A DNA stretch of 64,000 bases. It comes from Erysipelotrichales bacterium. GTDB taxonomy: Bacteria; Bacillota_I; Bacilli_A; RF39; UBA660. A program made the position numbers and the translations under genes. Under the pieces are notes generated by a model. That model saw only the letters and a program-made list of their open reading frames with translations, searched no databases and was not told the DNA's origin. This document shows, one piece after another, positions 18,844 through 28,885 of the stretch (positions within the stretch are counted from its first letter, which is position 1; each line of letters opens with the position of its first letter). Location: assembly GCA_022508565.1 (NCBI GenBank), contig JAFLUY010000006.1:45149-109148 (forward strand), written 5' to 3'.

Positions 18844-20370
18844 ATGAAATTATATAACGGTTATGAAAATGAAAGATTAGCAAGAAATTATACATTATTA
18901 AGTGATCAATATCAATTCAATATGGGGTGTGGTTATTTAGTATCAGGGAAAAAAGATACAGAAGCAGTGTTTGATGTTTTCTTTAGAAAGGTTCCAACTA
19001 ATGGTGGATATGCTGTAATGGCAGGTTTAGATAAAATAATTCCATTCATTCAAAACTTAAAATTTGATGAAAGAGATTTAGATTATTTTAGAAGAAATAA
19101 TTATCCAGAGGAATACATTGAATATTTAAAAAACTTTAAATTTCATGGAACAATTACTGCTATTCCTGATGGAACACCAGTATTTCCAAATGAGCCATTA
19201 ATCACAGTTAAAGCTCCAATTATTGAAGCTCAAATATTAGAAACTTGTATTTTATCAATAATTAATGGCGCTATGGAGCACGCAACAGGAGCTAGAAGAA
19301 TAATTGAAGCAACTCCAGATAAAAAAGATGTAATTGTTTTTGATGCTTCAGACTTTAGAAAACCTAAAGACCCAAAAGCAGTTATGGAATTTGGTTTAAG
19401 AAGAGCAGATGGACCCGAAGCTGGTATCGATGCTTCTATTTATGGAATTATGGCAGGATGCGCTGGAACTAGTAATGTAATGGTTGCTAATATGCTAAAT
19501 ATTAAAGCAATGGGCACAATGGCTCACTCATGGATTGAAGCATTTGATTCAGAATATGAAGCATTCTTAAACTATGCAAAAATATATCCACAAGCTTGTA
19601 CTTTACTTGTTGATACATTTGATACTTTAAAAAGTGGTGTGCCAAATGCAATTAAAGTATTTGAATATATGAAAGAAAATGGAATGTCTCTTGATAACAT
19701 TGGTATTCGTATAGATTCTGGAGATCTAGCTTATTTATCAAAAGAAGCAAGACGCATGTTAGATGCTGCAGGATTTCCACAAGCTAAAATTTGCTTAAGT
19801 AATGGTCTTAACGCAAATACAATTGAAGATTTAACTAGACAAGGTGCTTGTTTTGACACTTTAGGAGTTGGAGATAATATTAGTAAGCCTGAAGGAAGAA
19901 TGGGTTGTGTATATAAACTTGTTGCTGAAAATGTAAATGGTATATGGCAACCAAAAATAAAATTAAGTGATTCTGAAATTAAAATTGTTAACCCAGATCA
20001 TAAAACATTATATCGCGCTTATGATAAAACCACGGGTTATGCACTAGCAGATATAATGACAAGACAAGGAGAAATCGTTAGCAATGATGATTTAATCATT
20101 ATTGATCCAGCTAATGCAAGCAAAAGTACAAAACTTAATAATTTCGAATTAAGAGAATTACATAAACCTATATTTGTAAATGGTGAACTAGTTTATGATG
20201 ACCCTAATATCGAAGTTAAAAAAGATTATTGTAATAACGAAATGGCTACACTTTATCCAGAAGTTAGAAGAACTACTAGTCCTCATCTATATCATGTGTC
20301 AGGTACAGAGGATTATGTTAAATTTAAACAAGAATTAATTGAACATCATAAAAGCCTAGTGTTAAAATAA
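18844..20370 (+). CDS. pncB: nicotinate phosphoribosyltransferase
   Basis: AGGAGG RBS. 508 aa; the N-terminal YQFNMGCGY region and overall length fit the NAPRTase family. Confidence 0.85.
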   Translation: MKLYNGYENERLARNYTLLSDQYQFNMGCGYLVSGKKDTEAVFDVFFRKVPTNGGYAVMAGLDKIIPFIQNLKFDERDLDYFRRNNYPEEYIEYLKNFKFHGTITAIPDGTPVFPNEPLITVKAPIIEAQILETCILSIINGAMEHATGARRIIEATPDKKDVIVFDASDFRKPKDPKAVMEFGLRRADGPEAGIDASIYGIMAGCAGTSNVMVANMLNIKAMGTMAHSWIEAFDSEYEAFLNYAKIYPQACTLLVDTFDTLKSGVPNAIKVFEYMKENGMSLDNIGIRIDSGDLAYLSKEARRMLDAAGFPQAKICLSNGLNANTIEDLTRQGACFDTLGVGDNISKPEGRMGCVYKLVAENVNGIWQPKIKLSDSEIKIVNPDHKTLYRAYDKTTGYALADIMTRQGEIVSNDDLIIIDPANASKSTKLNNFELRELHKPIFVNGELVYDDPNIEVKKDYCNNEMATLYPEVRRTTSPHLYHVSGTEDYVKFKQELIEHHKSLVLK

Positions 20371-20386
20371 AGAAAGGAATAAAGAC

Positions 20387-20989
20387 ATGAAAACTCGTAA
20401 GATTATAAGTGAGTTAGAGAGTATTAGAGATGAATTAAGCATCCTTAGTATAAGAAAAATACCAGATCTTGAGAAAAACTTTTTAACTGTTGAAACATAT
20501 CAAATTATTTTAAAAGATAATACAATTTTTAACCGCCAAAAACTTGTTAAGAATAAAAGAGATGGAAGTGCTGTTGTAGTTGTACCAATAACTAAAGATA
20601 ATAAGTCTTTAGTTATTGTGCAACCACGTGTATTTTCTGAATCAGGCATAGGTGTTGAAATTCCTGCTGGTTATATTGATCCTGGAGAGACTCCAGAAGA
20701 TGCAGCTATTAGAGAGTTAAGAGAAGAAACAGGGTATGATTGTGAAAAACTAATTCCACTTAAATCTTACTATCAAGATCAAGGTATAAGTGGAGCACAC
20801 AATACATGCTTTTTAGCTCTAGGTTGTGAGAAGAAATATGATCAAAGGTTAGATCGTGATGAGTACATAAAATATTTAGAATGTACATTTAATGATTTAG
20901 TTTATTTAGTTAATAATGGTATTATTAATGATGCTAATGGTATAATAGCTATAAACGAAGCAAAGAAGTATTTGCGAAAACTAAGATAG
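20387..20989 (+). CDS. NUDIX hydrolase (ADP-ribose pyrophosphatase-like)
   Basis: Nudix box GYIDPGETPEDAAIRELREETGY. Confidence 0.8.
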   Translation: MKTRKIISELESIRDELSILSIRKIPDLEKNFLTVETYQIILKDNTIFNRQKLVKNKRDGSAVVVVPITKDNKSLVIVQPRVFSESGIGVEIPAGYIDPGETPEDAAIRELREETGYDCEKLIPLKSYYQDQGISGAHNTCFLALGCEKKYDQRLDRDEYIKYLECTFNDLVYLVNNGIINDANGIIAINEAKKYLRKLR

Positions 20990-20999
20990 AGGTGAAATA

Positions 21000-22925
21000 G
21001 TGGAAAAGAAGTTTGGATTTATTCGTGTTGGAGCAGTAGTTCCAGAATTAAGAATTAGTGATGTAACATTTAATGTATCTGAGATTAAGAAGATGATGGA
21101 TGAAGCTATGAATGCTGGTGTTGAAATAACTTTATTTCCAGAACTTGCTTTAACTGGATATACATGTGCAGATCTTTTCTTAAATGAGCATCTTTTAAAT
21201 AAATCTTTAGAAGGTTTAATTGAACTTAAAAAATATACTAAAAAAGTTAAAGGTGTATTTATTGTTGGTTTACCAATGAAAGCAGATAATCAATTATTTA
21301 ATGTTGGTGCTGTTTTAGAAAATGGCCATATTTTAGGAATTGTTCCTAAAACTTATATTCCTAACTATGGCGAATTCTATGAAAAAAGATGGTTTAGTGA
21401 AGACAATAGAAGAATAAGTGATAAGTTAATTATTGATGGAGAAACTATTCCTTTTAAAACTAATATGCTATTTCAAGAAAAAGGGGACGTTAGACGTACA
21501 TTTGGAATTGAAATATGTGAAGATTTATGGTGTACATATCCACCTTCTAATGATTTAACTATTCGAGGCGCTAAGATGATTTTTAACTTATCAGCATCTA
21601 ATGAAATTATCGGAAAAGAAAACTATCGCAAGAACCTAGTTAAGAGTCAATCTGAAAAAACAATAAGTGCCTATATTTATGCATCTGCTGGAATAAATGA
21701 GTCAACTACTGATTTGGTATTCTCGGGAGCGTCATTTATTTATGAAAATGGTAAGATGTTAGCACAAAATGAAAGATTTGATTTTGAATCTAACTTAATT
21801 TATAACGATGTAGATTTAGCTAGAATTGAAAGTATGCGTTATAAAGATATTTCTTATATGGGTGTTATAAAAGATAAAGATAAAGTTTATGATACTATCT
21901 ATTTTGAAGGATATAATCCAGAAAATGAACTAGTTAGATCTTATGAACAAACTCCATTTGTTCCAAGCAGTCAAGCACATAGAAATGAAAGATGTGAAGA
22001 AATATTAAACATTCAAGCACATGCTTTAGCTAAACGTTTAAAAGCAACTGGTATAAAGAAGAGTGTAGTAGGTATATCAGGTGGACTTGATTCTACTTTA
22101 GCATTCTTAGTTGTTATAAAAGCTTATGATATTTTAGGTTTAGATCACAAAGATATTTATGGTATTACAATGCCAGGTTTTGGTACAACTAATAGAACTT
22201 ATACAAACGCTTGTGATTTTGTTAAACTTTATGGTGCAACTTTAAAGGAAATAAATATCAAAGATGCATGTTTACAGCATTTTAAAGATATTGATCATGA
22301 TCCAGCTAATTTAGATGTTACATATGAAAATGTTCAAGCAAGAGAGAGAACTCAAATATTAATGGATTATGCTAATAAGATAGGTGGATTAGTAATTGGT
22401 ACAGGAGACTTATCAGAACTTGCTTTAGGATGGTGTACTTATAATGGAGACCATATGAGTATGTATGCAGTTAATGTATCAATTCCAAAAACGCTTGTTA
22501 GATATTTGGTTCAATATTATGGTGAAACTGAAGAAAGTGAAAAGAGAAGAAAAATCATTATGGATATCTTGGATACTCCAGTGTCTCCAGAATTATTACC
22601 TCCAAGTGAAAATGGAGAAATTTTACAACAAACTGAAAGTATTGTTGGTCCATATATATTGCATGATTTCTATCTTTATCATTTCTTAAGATATGGAGCA
22701 TCACCTGAAAAAGTGAAATATTTAGCAATCAATACTTTTAAAGATGGATATGATGAAAAGACTATAGATAAGTGGCTAACATTTTTTATCAAAAGATTCT
22801 TTAGTCAACAATTTAAAAGAAGTTGTATTCCAGATGGGCCAAAGGTTGGAACAATTAGTATTTCACCAAGAGGCGATTTAAGAATGCCAAGTGATGCATC
22901 TTCAGCTGATTGGTTATATAAATAA
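21000..22925 (+). CDS. nadE: glutamine-dependent NAD+ synthetase (nitrilase domain plus NAD synthase domain); GTG start
   Basis: GAGGTGA RBS. N-terminal CN-hydrolase region (FIRVGA..., EICEDLW), C-terminal SGGLDS PP-loop. Confidence 0.9.
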   Translation: MEKKFGFIRVGAVVPELRISDVTFNVSEIKKMMDEAMNAGVEITLFPELALTGYTCADLFLNEHLLNKSLEGLIELKKYTKKVKGVFIVGLPMKADNQLFNVGAVLENGHILGIVPKTYIPNYGEFYEKRWFSEDNRRISDKLIIDGETIPFKTNMLFQEKGDVRRTFGIEICEDLWCTYPPSNDLTIRGAKMIFNLSASNEIIGKENYRKNLVKSQSEKTISAYIYASAGINESTTDLVFSGASFIYENGKMLAQNERFDFESNLIYNDVDLARIESMRYKDISYMGVIKDKDKVYDTIYFEGYNPENELVRSYEQTPFVPSSQAHRNERCEEILNIQAHALAKRLKATGIKKSVVGISGGLDSTLAFLVVIKAYDILGLDHKDIYGITMPGFGTTNRTYTNACDFVKLYGATLKEINIKDACLQHFKDIDHDPANLDVTYENVQARERTQILMDYANKIGGLVIGTGDLSELALGWCTYNGDHMSMYAVNVSIPKTLVRYLVQYYGETEESEKRRKIIMDILDTPVSPELLPPSENGEILQQTESIVGPYILHDFYLYHFLRYGASPEKVKYLAINTFKDGYDEKTIDKWLTFFIKRFFSQQFKRSCIPDGPKVGTISISPRGDLRMPSDASSADWLYK

Positions 22926-22926
22926 A

Positions 22927-22960
22927 AGATAATGTATAAATCATTATCTTTTTATACTTT
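22927..22960 (+). terminator. intrinsic terminator after nadE (AAGATAATG-TATAAAT-CATTATCTT plus T-run)
   Basis: 9-bp stem followed by TTTTTAT. Confidence 0.5.
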
Positions 22961-22973
22961 TTATAATTAATTA

Positions 22974-23014
22974 TTGACAAATTTATATGTTTTTAATATA
23001 ATGTTAATAACAAG
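22974..23014 (+). promoter_or_regulatory. second copy of the TTGACA-17-TATAAT promoter with the conserved 21-mer TAATATAATGTTAATAACAAG; candidate NrtR operator
   Basis: Identical 21-mer and TTGACAAATT -35 context as at 17956-17996. Confidence 0.6.
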
Positions 23015-23028
23015 GAAGAAGAGGTAGT

Positions 23029-24111
23029 ATGAGTAAATTAAAATTAATCGTTTTAGGTAGCGCTAAAGAATTGGGGTCAAAAGTTAATAAAGAGTTAAAA
23101 AAGATAAACAAGACAGAAACTGATTATTTAGTTAAGATTACTGAATCTCGTTTTAGCAATGGTGAGGGTAAGGTTCAAATTAATGAAAATGTTTCTAACT
23201 GTGATGTTTATATTATTGGGGATGTTGGAAACTATGGTGTGAGTTATCCGATGCATGGAAGAGAACATTTTATGAGTCCAGATGAACATTACGAAGATAT
23301 TAAAAGAGTTATTTCAGCAACAAGTGGACATGCTGCAAAGATAAATATTGTTATGCCACTATTATATGAATCAAGACAACATAAAAGAAGAGGGAATGAA
23401 TCTTTAGACTGTGCAATATCACTTCAAGAACTTGAAAAAATGGGTGTAGATAATATTGTTACATTTGATGCACATGACCCAAGTATCTGTAATGCTATTC
23501 CAAGACTACCATTCGAAAATTTTTATCCAACATATACAATTCTTAGTAAGTTTATTGAAAATGAAGATATACACGATTTACTTGTTGTAAGTCCTGATAT
23601 GGGAGCAATGGATAGAGCAAGAGTTTATGCTGATATGTTAAATGTCGATGTTGGTGTATTTTATAAAAGAAGAGACTTATCAAAAGTAGTTAATGGTAAG
23701 AATCCGATTGTTGAACACATGTATATGGGAGCTGATCCTAAGGGAAAGGATATCATCGTTGTTGATGATATGATTGCAAGTGGAGCATCAATGATTGAAG
23801 TTGCTGAAAACTTAAAAGAAAAAGGTGCAAATAATATTTATTTAATTGCAACATTCTCACTATTTACTGAAGGCACAGATGTATTTGTAAATGCATATAA
23901 AAAAGGATTATTTACAAAAGTTTACTCAACTAATCTTTCTTATATACCTGAAGAATTAGTAAGTGAAGATTGGTTTATAGATGTTGATTGTTCAAAATTT
24001 ATGGCTAATATAATTAATACATTAAATAAAAAAGATGATTTAGATGAACTTTGGAATGTAAAACCAAAATTAATGGAAAAACTTCAAAATAAAAAAAGTT
24101 CTAAAGAATAA
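23029..24111 (+). CDS. prs: ribose-phosphate pyrophosphokinase family protein (divergent, 360 aa)
   Basis: RFSNGEGKVQINENV...DVYIIG N-terminus, PRPP-binding loop IVVDDMIASGASM. Confidence 0.7.
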   Translation: MSKLKLIVLGSAKELGSKVNKELKKINKTETDYLVKITESRFSNGEGKVQINENVSNCDVYIIGDVGNYGVSYPMHGREHFMSPDEHYEDIKRVISATSGHAAKINIVMPLLYESRQHKRRGNESLDCAISLQELEKMGVDNIVTFDAHDPSICNAIPRLPFENFYPTYTILSKFIENEDIHDLLVVSPDMGAMDRARVYADMLNVDVGVFYKRRDLSKVVNGKNPIVEHMYMGADPKGKDIIVVDDMIASGASMIEVAENLKEKGANNIYLIATFSLFTEGTDVFVNAYKKGLFTKVYSTNLSYIPEELVSEDWFIDVDCSKFMANIINTLNKKDDLDELWNVKPKLMEKLQNKKSSKE

Positions 24112-24129
24112 TTACGAGGAGGTGCAATC

Positions 24130-24708
24130 ATGAGGATTGGAATATTTGGAGGATCATTTAATCCGCCTCATAAAATGCATGAAGCAATAGCTAAGTATTT
24201 TATAGCTGAAAATTTACTTGATAAAGTTATATTTGTTCCAACCGGAAGCAAATATAAATATAAAAGCAATTTATTAAGTGATCAAGATAGGTTTAATATG
24301 GTTAAACTTATAACTGATAAATATGATTACTTTGATGTATCAGCATATGAACTTAAAAGTAAAGTTGTGTATACTTGTGAAACTTTAGAACATTATAAAA
24401 ATAAAAATCCAAATGATGAAATATATTTTATATGTGGTTTAGATAATTTAAGTTATATAGATTCTTGGAAGAATGCAGAATATATACTAGAAAATTATAA
24501 AATACTTGTTATAAGAAGAAATACAGATGATTTAAATACAGTTTTAAAAAAACTTGAAAAATATAAAGATAATATTATTGTTGTTGATATGAAAGAAACT
24601 GATATCTCATCAACAAAAATACGTGAAAGTATAAATAATATAGATGGTAATTATTTAGACGAAGACGTTTTAAAATATATTAAAGATAATAATTTATATG
24701 AGAGTTAG
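24130..24708 (+). CDS. nadD: nicotinate-nucleotide adenylyltransferase
   Basis: GGAGG RBS. IGIFGGSFNPPHKMH (HxGH-type) motif. Confidence 0.85.
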   Translation: MRIGIFGGSFNPPHKMHEAIAKYFIAENLLDKVIFVPTGSKYKYKSNLLSDQDRFNMVKLITDKYDYFDVSAYELKSKVVYTCETLEHYKNKNPNDEIYFICGLDNLSYIDSWKNAEYILENYKILVIRRNTDDLNTVLKKLEKYKDNIIVVDMKETDISSTKIRESINNIDGNYLDEDVLKYIKDNNLYES

Positions 24709-24717
24709 AGGGATAAT

Positions 24718-25209
24718 ATGGAAATATTTGAAAGTATTATTTTAAAATTAAAAGCACAAGGTAAATATGTTTCTACCATGGAATCTTGTACAGGTGGTGG
24801 AGTTGCAAATGAGATAACAAACCATAGTGGTGCAAGTGAGGTGCTTAAGTTCTCGGCTGTTACTTACTCAAATGAATTTAAAATTAAAATGGGTGTTAGT
24901 AGTGCTGTAATTGATAAGTATTCAGTATATTCTATGGAAACAGCTAAAGAGATGGCTAAGAATATAAGTGAATTTACGGGAAGCGATTATGGAATTGGTG
25001 TAACTGGTAAAATTAATACACCAGATCCGGAAAATCCTCGTGGAGAAGACGATGAAATATTTATTTCTATATATGATGCAAATAAGAAAGTTTTCCATCC
25101 TTTAAAAGTAGAAGCTATATCTACTTTAGAAAGAGATGAAAATAAGGGAAAAATTATTACTGCTATAGGCAAGTTATTTTTAGAAATATTAGAAGAAGAG
25201 GATAAATAA
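24718..25209 (+). CDS. pncC: CinA C-terminal domain protein / NMN amidohydrolase
   Basis: 163 aa. The TMESCTGGGVANEIT motif is typical of CinA_C. Confidence 0.75.
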   Translation: MEIFESIILKLKAQGKYVSTMESCTGGGVANEITNHSGASEVLKFSAVTYSNEFKIKMGVSSAVIDKYSVYSMETAKEMAKNISEFTGSDYGIGVTGKINTPDPENPRGEDDEIFISIYDANKKVFHPLKVEAISTLERDENKGKIITAIGKLFLEILEEEDK

Positions 25210-26042
25210 TGTTAGGTGCAATTATTGGTGATGTAGCTGGTTCCATTTATGAAGTACTAGAAGTAAATTATAAAAAAGAACATCAAGAACATCGCCCATA
25301 TGAAGAAAGAATAAAAATTTTATCTCAAGATACACCATTGTTTACTGATGAATGCTCTTATACAGATGATACAGTTTTAACATTAGCTTTATATGATGCT
25401 ATAAAAAATGGCAATAAGGATTATGAAAAGTATTTAAGAGAGTATGGAAATAAAGAAGTATCTTTGGGTATGGATAAATATGGTAGAAGCCGCTTTGGTA
25501 AGGGGTTCGTAGGATGGCTTAATGGAGATGAAGGAAATAGTTTAGGTAATGGAGCAGCAATGCGTATTAGTCCGGTAGGTTATTTATTTGATAATATTGA
25601 TACTATAAAGCGTGAATCTAAAAATGCGACTATTCCAAGTCACAATCATATAGATTCCATAAAAGCTGCTGAATGTATATCAACCAGTATCTATTTATTA
25701 AGAAATGGTTATAACAAAGAAAAATTAAAAGAATATATTGAAAATAATTATTATAAATTAGATTATGATTTAGAAGATTTACAAAGAAATTATACATTTT
25801 CAAGTAAATGTATAGACTCAGTTCCTCAAAGCTTATTTGTGTTTTTAAAATCTGAGTCTTTTGAAGATGCAATAAGGAAAGCATTATCAATTGGAGGAGA
25901 TGCAGATACTATCGCCGCTATAGTTGGTTCTCTAGCTGAAAGTTTATATGGTATACCCGATGAAATCATTATAAATGTTAAAAAGTATTTAACAGATGAA
26001 CAGCTTGCCTTACTTGGAACATATTATGAAAACATGTTATAA
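25209..26042 (+). CDS. ADP-ribosylglycohydrolase family protein
   Basis: N-terminal MLGAIIGDVAGSIYE and C-terminal GGDADTIAAIVGSLAE motifs. Confidence 0.8.
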   Translation: MLGAIIGDVAGSIYEVLEVNYKKEHQEHRPYEERIKILSQDTPLFTDECSYTDDTVLTLALYDAIKNGNKDYEKYLREYGNKEVSLGMDKYGRSRFGKGFVGWLNGDEGNSLGNGAAMRISPVGYLFDNIDTIKRESKNATIPSHNHIDSIKAAECISTSIYLLRNGYNKEKLKEYIENNYYKLDYDLEDLQRNYTFSSKCIDSVPQSLFVFLKSESFEDAIRKALSIGGDADTIAAIVGSLAESLYGIPDEIIINVKKYLTDEQLALLGTYYENML

Positions 26043-26066
26043 TCAAAATAGAAAAAAGAGGTATTT

Positions 26067-26885
26067 ATGAAAGAATATAAAACTGAAAAAGAATTCTTAG
26101 ATTCTTATAATAAAAACGATTTTGATTTACTAAGTGTAACTGCTGATATATTAGTATTAAGTGTATCTAGCTATGAAAGTGATAATTATCGTAAAACAGA
26201 TGAAAAACATATGTCAGTATTATTAGTAAAAAGAGATGACTATCCATTTAAAAATAAATGGTGTTTCCCAGGTGGTTTTGTTGGATATGATGAGGATTTA
26301 GATAAAGCACCTGCGAGAATCTTAAAAAATGAAACTAATTTAAGTGATATTTATCTAGAACAATTATATACTTATGGGGATCCAAAAAGAGATCCAAGAA
26401 TGCGTATTATTTCAACTGCTTATATGGCATTAATAGATAAAAATAGACTTGATTGTAAATTAAATGAAAGTGCTTCTTGGTTTGATGTTAAAATACTTGA
26501 TGATGGTAAGATAGTTGATGTTTTCTTGAATAATGGAGAAACAGAAATTAAAGTTAAAATAGAAAAAATTTTAAGAGATAAAACTACAGACCGTTATGAC
26601 TTTAAAGTGATAGAAAATAAAGACTTAGCATTTGACCATGCTAAAGTATTATTAAGCGGTATAGAAAGACTTAGAAATAAAGTTAATTATACAGATATAG
26701 TATTTAACATGATGCCTGAGTATTTCACATTAGGTGAATTACAATCGGTTTATGAAGTTATTTTAAATAAAAAATTGTTAGATCCAGCATTTAGAAGAAT
26801 TATTGAACCAAAAGTTCAAAAAACTGATAAGATGCGTACAGGAGAAGGACATCGTCCATCTGTATTGTTTAAATATAAAAAATAA
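26067..26885 (+). CDS. nrtR: NrtR-like transcriptional regulator (Nudix domain plus C-terminal winged HTH)
   Basis: Nudix-like WCFPGGFVGYDEDLDKAPARILKNETN region and a C-terminal wHTH-like region. Sits at the end of the NAD salvage operon. Confidence 0.65.
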   Translation: MKEYKTEKEFLDSYNKNDFDLLSVTADILVLSVSSYESDNYRKTDEKHMSVLLVKRDDYPFKNKWCFPGGFVGYDEDLDKAPARILKNETNLSDIYLEQLYTYGDPKRDPRMRIISTAYMALIDKNRLDCKLNESASWFDVKILDDGKIVDVFLNNGETEIKVKIEKILRDKTTDRYDFKVIENKDLAFDHAKVLLSGIERLRNKVNYTDIVFNMMPEYFTLGELQSVYEVILNKKLLDPAFRRIIEPKVQKTDKMRTGEGHRPSVLFKYKK

Positions 26886-26906
26886 CACTTTTAAGTGTTA
26901 TTTTTT
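26881..26906 (+). terminator. intrinsic terminator (AACACTT-TTAA-AAGTGTT plus T6)
   Basis: Perfect hairpin followed by a T-run. A near-identical hairpin lies at 38114-38141. Confidence 0.6.
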
Positions 26907-27008
26907 ATATTTTTTGTATCATAACTAACAGTTATAATTAGTTATGAAATATATGTATTTTATTTATGATTTAAATGTTGGTATATTTAAGTTGTAGGAG
27001 GGATACAT

Positions 27009-27554
27009 ATGATTATAGGTATAACCGGTAAAAGTGGCACAGGTAAAACTACTGTAGCAAATTACTTAGCAAGTAAGTTAGGTTATATAGTTATACATGG
27101 TGATGAGCTTGCTCATAAAGTACTAGATATAAATCTTTACAATGAAGTATTATCTTGGTTTGGAGTACCTGAGGAAAATACAGTTGATAGAAAAAGATTA
27201 GGTAGACTTCTATTCAGTGATAAAACCTTAATGCATAAATATAATATTTTAATTAATGAACAAATTATGTCACATTTTTATAAAAAATATGATTTAAAAG
27301 ATAATTACATTATTGATTGGAATTTTCTTCCAATAAGTGATTTTAATAATAAGTGTGATAAAAAAATTTTACTTGTTTTAAATGATGAAGAAAGAAAACA
27401 AAGAGTTCTTAAAAGAGATAATATAACCGATGAATACTTCAATAGAAGAGATGATTATGGTTTAGAATATAACGAGTCAGATTTTGATTTTGTTTTAACT
27501 AGTGATGAAATTATGAGAAGCGAATATATATTAGATAGTTTAAAGGATGTGTGA
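27009..27554 (+). CDS. coaE: dephospho-CoA kinase-like P-loop kinase
   Basis: Walker A GITGKSGTGKTT. IHGDELAHKVLD and DRKRLGRLLFSD resemble the CoaE pattern. Confidence 0.65.
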   Translation: MIIGITGKSGTGKTTVANYLASKLGYIVIHGDELAHKVLDINLYNEVLSWFGVPEENTVDRKRLGRLLFSDKTLMHKYNILINEQIMSHFYKKYDLKDNYIIDWNFLPISDFNNKCDKKILLVLNDEERKQRVLKRDNITDEYFNRRDDYGLEYNESDFDFVLTSDEIMRSEYILDSLKDV

Positions 27555-27556
27555 TT

Positions 27557-28354
27557 ATGGAAATCAAAGTTTTAGGTACAGTTGCTCCAATACCATCTGG
27601 TGATATGAATTGTCCAGGGTTCTTAGTAAGCCATGATGATTATCGCATCATGTTGGATTGTGGAAATGGTTCGACTAGATTAATTGATAGATATAAAGAT
27701 TTAAAAAATCTAATTATTATACTAAGTCATTTTCATCCTGATCATTATGCTGATATTTTTGCTATGGGTAATCTAACTTATATTCAAAATAAGTATGGTT
27801 ATTTAGATGAAAGAATAAATGTATATCATCCTAAAGGTTGTGAATCTAAAAAAGATGAAAAACAAATCTTGGTTCCAGTGCTAATTCCTGATCATGACTT
27901 TATAAAAAATACTAATCATGAACATTTTTTGAATTTTAATGATTATAGTTCGGTAGATAATTTAACACATGGAGATATGAAAATAACTTTTTATAAGACA
28001 CTTCACGGATTAAATGGTCATGCAGTAAGAATAGAAAGTGATAGTGGAGTACTTGTTTATTCAGGAGATACGGGTTATGACGAGAATATTAAAGAATTTG
28101 CTAAGAATGCTGATGCTTTTATTTGTGAAGCAACATTCTTAAGAGGTCAATTGAAAGGTGAAAACACTCATCTTTATGCTCATGAAGCTGGACGTCTTGC
28201 AAGTTTAGCTCAAGTTAAAGATTTGTATTTATTTCATACGTATCCTGATTTTAATAAAGAAGACTATGTTAATGAAGCAAAAGAGATTTTTCCGAATACA
28301 CACTCTTTAAGAGAGGGTCAAATATTAACATTAAATAAGGAGGCAAATTTATGA
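27557..28354 (+). CDS. MBL-fold metallo-hydrolase
   Basis: HFHPDHYAD metal-binding motif. Confidence 0.7.
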   Translation: MEIKVLGTVAPIPSGDMNCPGFLVSHDDYRIMLDCGNGSTRLIDRYKDLKNLIIILSHFHPDHYADIFAMGNLTYIQNKYGYLDERINVYHPKGCESKKDEKQILVPVLIPDHDFIKNTNHEHFLNFNDYSSVDNLTHGDMKITFYKTLHGLNGHAVRIESDSGVLVYSGDTGYDENIKEFAKNADAFICEATFLRGQLKGENTHLYAHEAGRLASLAQVKDLYLFHTYPDFNKEDYVNEAKEIFPNTHSLREGQILTLNKEANL

Positions 28355-28830
28355 AAACAGCTCTATATGCTGGTAGTTTTGATCCATTTACTAATGGACA
28401 TTTACATGTAGTTAAAACTGCTAGTAGTTTATTTGATAAGGTTATAGTTGTAATTGGTGTAAATGATCAAAAGAAAAGACACTATGATGTTGAAAAAATG
28501 AAAGACGCAATTGATGAATCTTTAAAAAATATTGGATTAACTAATGTAGAAGTTATTACTTATGGTGGTTTAACAATCGATATTGCTGTAAAAGAACACG
28601 CCAATATATTAATTAGAGGTATAAGAGATGCAATTGATTTGGCTGCTGAAGAAAGTATTGCTGACTTTAATTTTGATCTTGCTGGTATAGATACAATTTA
28701 CATTAGAGCGGGAATTGCTGGTTCTATTTCATCAAGTAAGGTTCGTGAATTAATCAAATACGATAAAGATATTTCCACTTTAGTACCAACACCAATATGT
28801 GATCTTGTTAAGCAAAGTAAAGAAAACTAG
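28351..28830 (+). CDS. coaD: phosphopantetheine adenylyltransferase
   Basis: AAGGAGG RBS. YAGSFDPFTNGHLHVV motif. Confidence 0.85.
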   Translation: MKTALYAGSFDPFTNGHLHVVKTASSLFDKVIVVIGVNDQKKRHYDVEKMKDAIDESLKNIGLTNVEVITYGGLTIDIAVKEHANILIRGIRDAIDLAAEESIADFNFDLAGIDTIYIRAGIAGSISSSKVRELIKYDKDISTLVPTPICDLVKQSKEN

Positions 28831-28885
28831 ATTTCTTTACTTTTTTTCTAATGTTCTATATAATTATTCTAAAGAAGGTAGTATT

